A DNA stretch of 44,301 nucleotides, from contig JAUCBJ010007045.1 of assembly GCA_032718475.1 (NCBI GenBank), positions 1 to 44,301 on the forward strand, written 5' to 3'. Source of the stretch: Nemertoderma westbladi (taxonomy: Eukaryota; Animalia; Xenacoelomorpha). The notes beneath the pieces were generated by a model that made no database searches, had not been told where the DNA came from, and worked only from the letters and a program-made list of their open reading frames with translations. The position numbers and the translations under genes were made by a program. Below are positions 21,541 through 32,727 of the stretch, in pieces (the first letter of the stretch is position 1; every line of letters begins with the position of its first letter).

Positions 21541-21824
21541 GCTTCTTTGTTGCAGTAAGCAATAAAGTTGAAAGTACCGGTCAACCGGTAAACCTGAACG
21601 GTACACCTGTAGGTCAGTAGGCCTAACTGTTCTAACCGGTACTTCAGTATAAGTACACTAGTATTATTCGATTTGATTGTTGCATACCGGTAGGCTGTTT
21701 AAGGGATTAGGGATTGATCACCCCTTATACCTTTATATGGTTTACTTGTTTCTGTCAAGTTTTATTTATTTGTAGGCCAGTATTGAACAGAAGGCGTGTA
21801 AGCCTGATCAGATAGTACAGACGA

Positions 21825-22388
21825 TTTGTAGGCTGAGCTGTTGTCTGATTGCTGTTAAGTCCGAACGAATTGCAGTGTGTGTAGATCACCTGTCCGATTA
21901 AGTACGATTAGGCAGTAGGGGCAGCGAACGCTGTAAGGTAATCCCCCAACTAAAGAATAAGTCGCACTACTGGGTTAGAGCGCATACTCCCTAATCATTT
22001 CGGAGTCTGCATGTCCTGTAGTTTATTTAGGCTTGAGAGTAGTCTGCCATCGTTTGGTCTGTACTTTGTTTGTGTAAGTCTGTACGGGTAGCGTATAATT
22101 TTATTTAGATAATTTGTAGGCTGGATAGTTGTCTGGCTGTTATTAGGTCTGAACGGATTGCCGCGTGTGTAGATCATCTGTCCGATTAAGTACGGTTAGG
22201 CAGTAGGGGCAGCGAACGCTGGAAGGTAAACCCCCAACTAAAGAATAAGTCGCACTACTGGGTTAGAGCGCATACTCCCTAATCATTTCGGAGTCTGCAT
22301 ATACCGTAGTTTGTTTAGGCTTGATAGTAGTCTGTCAGTGTTCGGTCTGTATTTTGTTTGAGTAGTTTGTACGCGTAGCGTAATATTT
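21825..22388. repeat. ~288-bp tandem duplication in the leader of copy B
   Basis: Units start at ~21825 and ~22113. Homologous to 8258-8820. Confidence 0.85.
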
Positions 22389-23710
22389 ATTATTCAGAGT
22401 TTATGCGATTATCCGCAACATCCATTCCCCAAGTTTGTTCCTACAGTAATTGTGTTTGTTATACATACCGCTATAGTTAAATTAACCCCGGTACTACACG
22501 GGCTGCTCGGCGTAGGTAAAGACTGGTGATTTTGTGCATCGGTCACTCCAGCAGATGCCGTGGTTCTTTTAGCTGTTCAAGTATATTTAACTACTGATTA
22601 TCTGTTGTACAAGTACTTGTACCTAATTTAGGGTTTAGTGTACAGTACTTTCCGAAGTAATTATTGTAGACATTATATTTGTGTTGTAAAGTGGTTGATA
22701 GGCACATTCGATTAGCTCTATTAACTTCTAGGTAGGAACACTCCGTGATACATAACGTAGAACCTATAGCGATACGGCTATAGGTCGTCAGGCGGTGGTA
22801 TTTTCCTATCTAGACAACGCAGTGTATTTACTACTACTTATTATTTCAAATACCGTAGTACCCTGTCCGTTGTAATAACCGGTTTTCTAACCCTTTGTTA
22901 GGCTGGTTTGTAGACTTCTTGTAAAATTACCCTAAAAATTCGTATTTTGTGTTTTTGTAAATTTTTGCATTTATTTAGAGATTGTAATCTCACCCGAATT
23001 GTACGTAATTTGTAGTATTAAGTAACTTAGGTAAATTAGAATTATTTGTTTTAGTGTCCTATACGTAACACTTCACTGAAAGCGCACCGCTTTGTGTAGT
23101 GATTACTCCCCAGAAATAATAACATTTATTTCAAACATAGACAAAACCCATTAAAACGGGTATATATATATTATAAATCAAATCTAACGATTTATAAATA
23201 GTAGGCCTACCATACAACCATTAGGTCTCAATATCAGTTGGATTACTGCTCAAATAACGGTAGTAAAGTAAGTAAAGTAACCAAGTAACCCTAAAATACA
23301 GAAATTCAATTATTTAAAATAATTGATATACCGGTATTTACGATAGGCCTATTATCTTTATTTCTATAAATTTAGGCTGAAATTATACCGGTACTTATAA
23401 TTAATTCTAGTCCAGAATTATATATACTACAAACTGTAAACTGTATACCGGTATTCCCGATAGGCCTATTATATATTTATATATATTTGTGCTAAAATTA
23501 TACCGGTATTCTGTGATGAACCTAGTCTGTAATAATACTTATATAGTTATATATACCATAAGCATACCGGTGTTCTAATATATTATATATATATCCTACT
23601 ACACTGAGTAGCAGTATCGGTAATTAATTACTAGGCTAGCAGTTAATACTGAGTTACTAGACTTGCTCAGACTGTAATACAGCAGTAGACATTCAACTGT
23701 ACACACAAAC

Positions 23711-24704
23711 ATGTCTGACGCAAAGCAGAACCTGTCAGACAGTCTACTAGATACAACGGAGAGTGAAGCGACAGCAGAGAAACCGCATAAGAGGGATGCC
23801 ATTGATATCTATCTGTCAGACTATCAACGTTTTTTAGGTGATGACGAATTGAGGAGAAGGTTAGAGGGACTTAACCCTAATAGCGAAGGAGCCAAGTTTG
23901 TGTTGGACGCAATAGATGCGGAAATGTTGGCAGCGAATAGAGCGGAAATTGATGAAAGAATCCGCATCGTTAGAGAATGGGAACAACAGTTGAAGAAAAA
24001 ACGTATAGAAGACAGAAAGATAGCAGCAGTGGCAGAGGCGGAAAGAAAAGCGACCTTGGCAGAAGCAGCGGCAGAGGCAAAAGCGGCAGCAGCAGAAGCA
24101 GAGGCAAAGGCAACAGCGGCAGCAGCAGAAGCAGAGGCAAAGGCAACAGCGGCAGCAGCAGAAGCAAAGGCAGAGGCAAAAGCGGCAGCGGCAGAGGTAA
24201 AAGCGGCAGCGGTGGCGGAAGCAGAACGGAGAGCATCTGAAGAGGCAACCCAACTAGAGTTGGAAAATCTTCAAGAGAGGCAAGACAACTTCAATAAACA
24301 GTTAACAGCTAGTAATATGCAGATGATGAGTCGATCTACTCCCAAAAGACAGGGATATACATCATCGGAGGAAGGCGATACCACCGATACTGAAGGCAAA
24401 GGAAATAGATCTCGTCTAAGCAGACGTAAAAGAAATTCCACCGTCAGAAATTGCCTGATTTGCCTCCAGCTGTTAGAAGGCAACTAAATAACACCAACTT
24501 AGGTAGTACAGAGCCCACAGACCAAATAATTAAAATAGAAAGACTCCCTACTATAGTAGATGAGCCTGAAATAAGTAGGCCTGTTCTTGAAATCACCCCT
24601 TCGGTGATAGACATATCTGTGCTCCCTGAAGCTACCTATAAATTCCCTCTACAACTGCCCGAGAGACAGTTCAGGTCCTGGACCCCGAGCGAAATATTCC
24701 GAAT
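23711..24704 (+). pseudogene. Frameshifted N-terminal part of copy B Gag (contains an Ala-rich EAKAAAA repeat)
   Basis: ORFs 23711-24487 and 24451-24774 match consecutive parts of the single copy A frame. Relative to A there is a 1-nt deletion at ~24435 and a 28-nt deletion at ~24650. Confidence 0.85.
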
Positions 24705-27700
24705 TTGTCGCCCGTTGTCCCTTGTCTGCCCGCTACGACGTTGGCGGATCCCGTTTCGGCGGTTGATTGGGTAGACGAGAGACGGCGGGGGATGGATATT
24801 CTCCTTGGAGAGATGAAGGAGAATCGGATACGCTCCTCCCAACAGGTCCGAGAGTTGGAAGGGACTGTCCAACATTTAAAGGGCACAGTAAGGGAAAGTA
24901 GACTAGAGTTGCAAGAGGTGCAGCAAAGTATTGCGTTAGAATGCGATAAATTAGTGAACATACAAAGGGGTATAACACCACCCCCTGTAACAATGTGTCA
25001 ACCCGTTAGGTCTGAAGTATCTCATGCGCAAGGTGTGGAACCTACACGCATATATACTGCTAGCGAAGTAGAAACTCCTATAGTAAACCCTATTAAGGGT
25101 GATTATAAACCTGTTGATAATGATATTCCATATAGACCTGATCATAATCCGAGAAATTTAGATACCAATAATTCTATATTCAATAATACGATGGCTCAAG
25201 AAAGTTTTACGCGTCAAATGGCTAGAACCGAAGCCCGTCAAGCGGTAAAGGTTGGAGAGATTGTCAAGTTCAATGGAGATGAGATGAAATGGTTACCTTT
25301 TAATGAATATTACAAAGATAACATACAGAACTCTGTACTATCTAACGGAGAGAAACTTAGATTCCTCATCGAATGTTTGGAAGGACCTCCCAAGTCAATG
25401 GCGTTAAAATTTATTGGACATCCAGATGGATTAAGACAAGTTTGGGATACACTAAACATCAGGTATGGTAATAGGAATGACATAGCTGGGTATTTGTATG
25501 CAAAATTAATGGCGCCCCGAAAGTTTCTTAGCAGCGGGATTATAGAGTTTTCCGATGAGATTCAGGAGATCTGTAGACAATTAGATTGGCTAGGTAAGTC
25601 TCATGAATACCAGAATTCTATGGTTGTAAGAGCCTTAGCATCTGCTTTGCCCAAGGGTGGAGTAGGTACACGCTGGGATAAGAAGGTGTTATATATGATG
25701 GAACAACAACGACGAGACCCTACCATGACTGATCTCATGTCATTCTTAGATAGAGAAGTGAAATTACAGCTCCTAAGGCAGTCCAGAGAGAAGACATTGG
25801 AAAACAAAGTAAGTGAGAAACCCGTTTCTAGGAGAAGGGTAACACCAGTATGTTATACCGACGACGGTGAAAGCCAAACCTCTCAAGGAGAGGACAGCGG
25901 GAAAGACACTGACAGGCCTTATTATGTCAATAAAATGCCTAAAGAACAGGTAAGTAAATCCAAGTCTCGACCCAATGACAGAAGGGAACCGGTACAAAAA
26001 AACCCTCCTACGTCTCCTAAAGGAATTCAGGTGAGAAAGCCCGAGGAAAGAACAAGTGTGCACCACATAGCACAGGTTAAAGTAAGTAACATCAAGCCGA
26101 AATGTGTGCTGTGCGACGGGCCCCACCGTTTAAATGCGTGTGATAAATTCCTGAGGAAATCACTCGAGGATAGACGTGAAGTCATGTGGGATAAGCGGTT
26201 GTGTTATAATTGCCTCAGACGAGGACACCAACGGCGAACCTGTAACTCCGACGCAAGGTGTGCAAAGTGCGGCGCAAAACATCATATCTTGTTGCACACG
26301 GAATTCGAACGAAACAGCCCGAGTCAGGTAAGTGAGTCCGAACTACATGTCCAATTCAGTGATGTGAACGACACTGATCAATCTGAGATGGAAGGATTCT
26401 ATACGGACGAGTTCTCCGACCAAAACGAATCCTGTTACCTAATAAACACCACCGCAGTGTATCGAGCACTCGTGTATGAGAAAGACACAGACAGCGACCT
26501 TGCCTTAACTACTTCCGATCAACAACCATCTTGGAAAGCGCCAACTTCCAATATAGGAATCCGAGAATTTCCTGTAGTCCAGTTACGGGTCCACGGACCT
26601 CAGAAGAGCTATATAGTGAACGCCCTCCTGGACTCCGGTAGCACAGGAACATTCATCGATAGGGAACTAGCCGAAGTCATCTTTGCTGGACAACCCAAGT
26701 TCCGAACCATGCTAAACATGTCAGGGATCATGCAGGTTTGGAATTCTACTGTAGCTGCCGACTATTATATAGGTGAGTTGTCCACCCCCCAGGACGAACT
26801 AGGAGAACATAGCATCAGGTCAGTGAAAATGGTGGCTATAAAGAACTTCGCTACTACTCAAGCAGACCTTTATAATTGGGACGAGGATGAGAGCATCCAA
26901 CATCTTAACATACCTCGATTCCAGACTGATTATCCTGGAGTGCAAATACTCATCGGCCAAAACGCGCATGAGGCGCTGGAGACATTAGAGAAACGGCCTG
27001 CTCAACCGCAGCCACTACAGACCTATGCGGTAAGAACTAGAGTAGGTTGGTACCTTACTGGACCTTCCGGTAGAACGCTCAGGGAAAGACTGCTTCAAGA
27101 TCGCGTCTGCCAGATGAGTGAATGGGAAGATGATACTAGTGAGGGAGACGACCCAACTGAGGGAACACCACACTCCTCAGATAATGACAATCTTAGCTCC
27201 AATGTAGATCAATGGAGATATTGCCCCAAGAAGTTTAATCCAACGGACATCGCTTCCAGAGGAGCAACTCCTCAAGAACTGACAGATACTACAGACCGAT
27301 TAGGTGAACCCGACTTCCTGAGTAAGGAGAATGAATGGCCTCCCCATCTTACTCCGACTGAGATTATACCAGCCAAGGGAGCGGAGAAAGTCGAACCTGA
27401 AACCCGGACGTGTGGATCGGAGTTATTTGAACCCGGGATAGATCTGTCGGTATTACATGTTGCCAGGGACGACGCCGTGGATCTGGGCCTCCCCACCGCG
27501 AGTGGATCCTTCATGAAGATCAGAGAGAGCGATTGGAGCTCTGGAACATCAGACGTCTCGCAGGGACTCTCACCTCTCCTGCAGAGAGCGACGGACCACT
27601 ATAGCTCCTGGAATCGGCTTTGTGACGCCGTCATCTACTTTGAGCGATGTTTCTATCGTCACTATTCCAGGACGAAGAGGAAACCTGGAATTGTATTCAG

Positions 27701-27842
27701 GATGCAGCGACTCAATCACCCAGTCGGTCGTTTGTGTTTATCGGAAGGGAATGGAGGACTCTCCGGAAACTGTGGAAGGCAAGATTCTCTTCCCACGACC
27801 ACCTCCCTAATCCTTCAAACATCTAGGGACTCCATAACGTAA
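24705..27842 (+). CDS. Copy B Gag core, Zn knuckles and aspartic protease fused in frame to the post-RNase H linker (1045 aa from TTG; first ATG at 24792)
   Basis: Gag core (KFNGDEMKWLPF..LSNGEKLRFL), CVLCDGPHRLNAC, CYNCLRRGHQRRTC, CAKCGAKHHILLH, LLDSGSTGTFI, GWYLTGP, then directly QWRYCPKKFNPTDIASRG. No YxDD motif. Confidence 0.85.
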   Translation: MSPVVPCLPATTLADPVSAVDWVDERRRGMDILLGEMKENRIRSSQQVRELEGTVQHLKGTVRESRLELQEVQQSIALECDKLVNIQRGITPPPVTMCQPVRSEVSHAQGVEPTRIYTASEVETPIVNPIKGDYKPVDNDIPYRPDHNPRNLDTNNSIFNNTMAQESFTRQMARTEARQAVKVGEIVKFNGDEMKWLPFNEYYKDNIQNSVLSNGEKLRFLIECLEGPPKSMALKFIGHPDGLRQVWDTLNIRYGNRNDIAGYLYAKLMAPRKFLSSGIIEFSDEIQEICRQLDWLGKSHEYQNSMVVRALASALPKGGVGTRWDKKVLYMMEQQRRDPTMTDLMSFLDREVKLQLLRQSREKTLENKVSEKPVSRRRVTPVCYTDDGESQTSQGEDSGKDTDRPYYVNKMPKEQVSKSKSRPNDRREPVQKNPPTSPKGIQVRKPEERTSVHHIAQVKVSNIKPKCVLCDGPHRLNACDKFLRKSLEDRREVMWDKRLCYNCLRRGHQRRTCNSDARCAKCGAKHHILLHTEFERNSPSQVSESELHVQFSDVNDTDQSEMEGFYTDEFSDQNESCYLINTTAVYRALVYEKDTDSDLALTTSDQQPSWKAPTSNIGIREFPVVQLRVHGPQKSYIVNALLDSGSTGTFIDRELAEVIFAGQPKFRTMLNMSGIMQVWNSTVAADYYIGELSTPQDELGEHSIRSVKMVAIKNFATTQADLYNWDEDESIQHLNIPRFQTDYPGVQILIGQNAHEALETLEKRPAQPQPLQTYAVRTRVGWYLTGPSGRTLRERLLQDRVCQMSEWEDDTSEGDDPTEGTPHSSDNDNLSSNVDQWRYCPKKFNPTDIASRGATPQELTDTTDRLGEPDFLSKENEWPPHLTPTEIIPAKGAEKVEPETRTCGSELFEPGIDLSVLHVARDDAVDLGLPTASGSFMKIRESDWSSGTSDVSQGLSPLLQRATDHYSSWNRLCDAVIYFERCFYRHYSRTKRKPGIVFRMQRLNHPVGRLCLSEGNGGLSGNCGRQDSLPTTTSLILQTSRDSIT

Positions 27843-29135
27843 CAACATATGGAGTGGGTGTGTGACTCTATTATTTATATTATTCTATTATTTTTATATT
27901 TATGTATGTATTACTATGTAATTTTATTATAATCGTTTTATTTAATTTAGTAGAATATTATTTAGCGATTATTTTGTAGAATAGTGCAATATATTCGTGT
28001 TTATTACGTACGTAATTACTTATATTATATTTAGTGCGACGGCGAAGAAATAATTATTTTTTCTCTTTCCTTACTGTCCGTATTATATTATAAATACGTA
28101 ACTACAGTAAGATGAAATGTCCGTACTTATTAAAGTACAATAAAGCCACTACTATATTTAAGTATTATTGGTAGGCAGAGTATTAGGAATGCAAAGTTCA
28201 GATCCTCGTGTCTCGGCTAAATCAAGCTCTGGGTAGACCTTGGAAACGACTTGCCTCTTCACACTGACATTGCTTCGTGCGATATTGCTCTCATACCGTA
28301 TATTAAATAATACATATAGTAGCGTGATGTCCCTTTAACAGTAGCGTATCACGCAAAATAAATCTGTTAAACCCTTTGACCATCTGTAATTCTAGTCGAT
28401 TAAGATATCGTGGCACCCACCGATATACTTGAAAGACAAATTCTAGAATCAGTGGTTAACGTCCCCAGACAAGTTCTGGAATAAATCGGTGCCCATCTCA
28501 AATATTAATTATTTAATATTTGCAAATCTAATACGTCAAAATCTGTAAAATTTAGATCCTTTAACAATTCTAGTCGATTAAGATATCGTAGCATTTACCG
28601 ATATTCTTAAAAAAGACAATTGTCATAGAATTAAGGATCTTGTGTCCCTAGACATGTTCTAGAATCAAAATATGTCAATTTAATTATCAAATAATAAAAT
28701 TTCAGGGAATAAATTTAAATTCATGCCTTTTAATGAATTTAATAAATTGCCATTTTTACGCAATTTATAACATTCCCAAAATTCCATTAATTAATAGATC
28801 AAGGGAGCGGAGATTTATCTTATTATGTGTATGAGTGTGCGAAAGTCTCCCAAACATAGTCAATAGCCGATAAAATTCATAAAGTCATGTATAAAACAGA
28901 ACATTGACTATTAAAGAATACTATTAAATAACATCCCAGATCTGTATGCATTGGAATTGCTCTAATTCTACCGCTAGCTTTGCATAATGTCACCATAGCA
29001 ACAACCACGCTAGAATTAGAATTGAGTTAAAAGAAAAATAGAAAGCTTGTCCCATTGAATAGCATAGGGAATAAATAGCACACTACTAGTATCCAAGGAT
29101 ACATAATAATACAGTGACATTCTGGAAGGCATTGA

Positions 29136-30850
29136 CTAACGGACAAATGGCCCGAATGTGTGTAATTTGTGACAAGTTGTGTGTATGGTATTTGTGAGTT
29201 TATAGGTGAATGTTACTGCTAAGGTGTGTTTACAGTAGCCAGTCGCAATCGTAAAGTAACCTAACTCTCCAAGGAATACCTGAAGTACATCTTAGCCTTT
29301 GGGACGGACAGTCGAGTGACTTGTGCCGGTTGTCGTTGTCGTTGTGCGGCTACGTCGTTGGCGAAAGTACGGCGGCGACGACACATCGGCGCTGAGGATC
29401 TCGTACTGTCCGGGGGTTAATTGGAGTAGGCAGCGACGCTCGCTAGCCTGAATATAAACTCATTATAATATGGATAAACTCATATAGCAGATATGGTTGA
29501 GTTGATAGAAGATGATCTTGGTATCGGGGAGCGATATACTCTACTTTTGCAAGCGTTTGTTGATAGCTTAATACGCGGTGACGTTAGTCTAACTGCTGCG
29601 GAGGACGATGGTCGTTATATCGAACCGACAATGTCCCAAGTGCAGCTCTCGCGAGAGTTGGACTATAGAAAATTCGCTGCTCGCTACACGCATTGTAATG
29701 GTATGTATATGGACTTCTTAACCATTGACCATTCTATCGATTTACACAATACGGACTATGTCGACTATATATCCTGCCCAGCGGAGTCTGAACCATAAAC
29801 TGAAATTCGAATGCGAAAATTCTATTCGAAATCGGCTCGAAAGAAAAGACATTAAAGAAACAAATAAACGCGGTAACTCCAACATATATTTGGAATTCTT
29901 GATAGAATCATTGTAACCACAAATAAATATCATCCGCGTTTCCCCTACCAGACGTGCGTCTTGGGTATTATTACGGTAAATGCCCTAGACCCAGCCAATG
30001 AACGGAAAGACATAAACATCCACGTAAACCGAAACTTGTTGACGTATCACCTATGCTCACTCGGCTCGAACGATCCTGGAGTAAACCTACGATCAGAGTC
30101 CCGGAATACTCGGTCAAACCTCCTCATTCCTTAGTTGGACCTCAGACCTGCGATCTTGGTGGTGTCGCGGATCCTCGCGGACTGTATTCACTGTTCAAAG
30201 ATCTAGTGCTACCCTAACAATTAATCGGTAACACTCCGACAGTGATTTCTAGCTAGCCGCCCATCTTACCTAGCCGGATTGTGACGCGGACACCTAATAT
30301 CACTATCCAACCGTATGGTCGTCCACGTTTAACACGATACAACCCCTCATCAAGGGGAAGGAGAGCGTTGTACGAAACGAGTTAAACGCTATTTTATAAA
30401 GATCAAAAAGGAAACCTGCGTTTGTTCAGATAAACGTAAGTTATAACGGTGAGTCCAATCGATAAACGAATTGGCCTTATCTCAATTCGATTGGGAAATC
30501 CAGAATCTCTAAGAAGTTATCGAACTTGGACGATCCTATTCTCTGCGAGAGTTTTTGGATGAACGTATCCAGCTACGAGCGGAGGAAAATCAGCTCGAGG
30601 AGAAGCATATCGAAACGGTAGATACCTCGACCACAATCCTACACCTTCTGATGCAATCATATTGCACCCTTCACCCAGGAGTTATGGCCCTCCTAGTAAA
30701 GTGGCTCCCCCCAAAGAGAAAAAGACTCTTGCTAGCCTCAAAAAACTGCGTAAACGCCGTCTGCGTAAGAAAGACTAACTGTTTAGAGTATCTTTATGTT
30801 TTAGAAACTGTGATTTTTATATTCTATAGACTGAAAATCCCATTTTCTGG
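29136..30850 (+). pseudogene. Possible decayed accessory ORF in the 3' (env-position) region of copy B, function unknown
   Basis: Higher GC than the flanking UTR. ORF pieces at 29493-29798 and 30555-30908, a Cys-rich start, and long frames broken only by TAA/TAG. Confidence 0.35.
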
Positions 30851-30856
30851 GAGCGG
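30848..30856 (+). promoter_or_regulatory. Short polypurine tract (TGGGAGCGG) before the 3' LTR
   Basis: Purine-rich run directly upstream of the 3' LTR TGT. Confidence 0.65.
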
Positions 30857-32102
30857 TGTAAAAGCCTTTGCTGAATTGCCCCGTTATTTTTATTATCTTT
30901 TACATTAAAATACTCTGTAGTTGATTTAATAAGTGTAAGAGACCGTATTATTGCTGTATCGGTGTTTTTAGAGGATCTAAGACCTATTTCCTCCGTATGT
31001 GTACTGTGAAAGGCATATTTTATGAATCTATGGCAATTCGTGACGCAAAGGGGTGATAGCTACTCTTGAACAGTAGTTACTATGACTACGGTTAACAGCT
31101 GACATTCATACGTGTTGATTTCCTTTGTTCTACGGCGTCTCTCAGTTCAGTCAGCCAATTAGAGCGTTTTTGTGGCTCCTTGTACAGAAAATTTCCGAGA
31201 AATGACGCAATGCCTATGTGCAGTGTTTACATTCAGTCCTGAGCCAAAGAAAGAACGGCTTGGAAGTATTTTGTGCTTTACTGTTTTTTAGTCTTACACT
31301 AGTAGGTTTAATTATAAAGGGCATATATCCTTTAACCTAACGACTACCTGACTCATGGAATCACTGCTAACTGATCATACATACTGACTGCTGAAACATT
31401 GCAAACTCATAACAATCAGTGTTCAGTTGTTGTTTTATACTGCTATTTGTTGTCGGTTATTCATTATATTTGTTGATGAATTATTATATTGGAATAACGA
31501 GAAATAACCCCGACACCCAATATTCTTGATGTGCCGAAGGTAAGAGAGAAAGGTTACCGATAAACGATTGTGACTTATGTTAAAGTGGTTTGAAGTGAAT
31601 CTAATGTTATTTGATAGACCCTACATGAGTCAGTCTGTGTTCCTTTTATATGTGACTAAAATCAGTGAAGATCGGCAGATTAGTGTGCAGTATTGTGCAG
31701 CATTGTGTATGAGTGAGTCTGTTAAAGAAGCATTCCTAAAGAATGCGCCATATATGTGAATTATAATTAAGCCATATCGTTGTGAGTAGTTTAAGTCATA
31801 ACTCTGCTTATATAGATAAAGCGCCACGTCCTAAAGGAACTGTTAATATTACCGAAGGTGAATAATATTGTCAGAGATTATATAATACTGTCAGTCGAAT
31901 AATACATTAGGCTTACATAGCAATAAAATTAAACCGTCGAACCCAATCTCCCGGGAATCTCCAGCGGGTGAATGGTCGCGCACGGATTGGTTTCGACTAG
32001 TGTAGTGAATCAAATACTTGTCATAGACTAAAAACAGATTTAATATCTAGAAGACATCTTAATTTGGTGGGTTAAACTGCCAAAGGTCTGAAAGCGCGAA
32101 CA
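30857..32102 (+). repeat. 3' LTR of copy B
   Basis: 1246-bp direct repeat of 20283-21528, followed by the GGCGG TSD. Confidence 0.96.
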
Positions 32103-32494
32103 GGCGGGTGTTTGCAAAAGGTGGACTGGACACAGAAGACCAATCAGAAACGTATTAAGCAAAGCAGTTTGTAGTGATTGGTCTGTCCAGTTTTCGTTTC
32201 TTAATTACGTATTTGGCTTAATTACGCCGATATCTCAGCTATTTCTCAACGAACTAATAGTTGTTTACTACTTACTTATTTAGAATCGTTGCAACGACAG
32301 CTTTCCAATTCCTCGAACCACTATAAGGATGAAGAATTACTGCGGTGGGACTAGTTGGTGCAATATCGACAAAAATATATTTTATTAAAGAATTTATTTT
32401 CATGCAGTAATTATAATAATAATTAGCATGATTTTATCAATAAAACTACATAGGGGGGGCTATTGTATATTGTAGCCTACAATGCAATATATAA

Positions 32495-32599
32495 AATACT
32501 TTATTTACCTTTCGCTCCTCCATCTGACTTATTTAACTCCCTCGCTGCGCTCGGTCGTTTAATAACACATCTCGGGACGAATGGCAAATAAAGCATATT
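32495..32599. mobile_element. Small palindromic MITE-like element
   Basis: Imperfect inverted arms AATACTTTATTTACCTTTCGCTCC / GGGACGAATGGCAAATAAAGCATATT around a CTCGCTGCGCTCG core. Confidence 0.5.
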
Positions 32600-32727
32600 C
32601 TATTTACCGTAGAATAGATGCAGTAACGCTTTCAAATAGCGTCCTATTGGATCCTAATAGGATCCTAATAGGAACCTAATAGGAAATAAATAACCTTTAG
32701 AAAATCACTTGGAATTTGCCTAATGTG

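Larger units (their letters stand above)
20283..32102 (+). mobile_element. Bel/Pao LTR retrotransposon, copy B: complete insertion (11820 bp), non-autonomous (RT, RNase H and integrase deleted)
   Basis: Two 1246-bp LTRs with TGT...ACA ends and a 5-bp TSD GGCGG (20278-20282, 32103-32107). Gag-PR is homologous to copy A. Confidence 0.96.

Noticed and set aside
21529-21545. PBS resemblance to the 5' part of vertebrate mitochondrial tRNA-Leu(CUN) (TTAAAGGATA..AGCT)
   Set aside because: The match is in the sense orientation, so it could not anneal as a primer. The self-complementary LTR site explains the sequence better.
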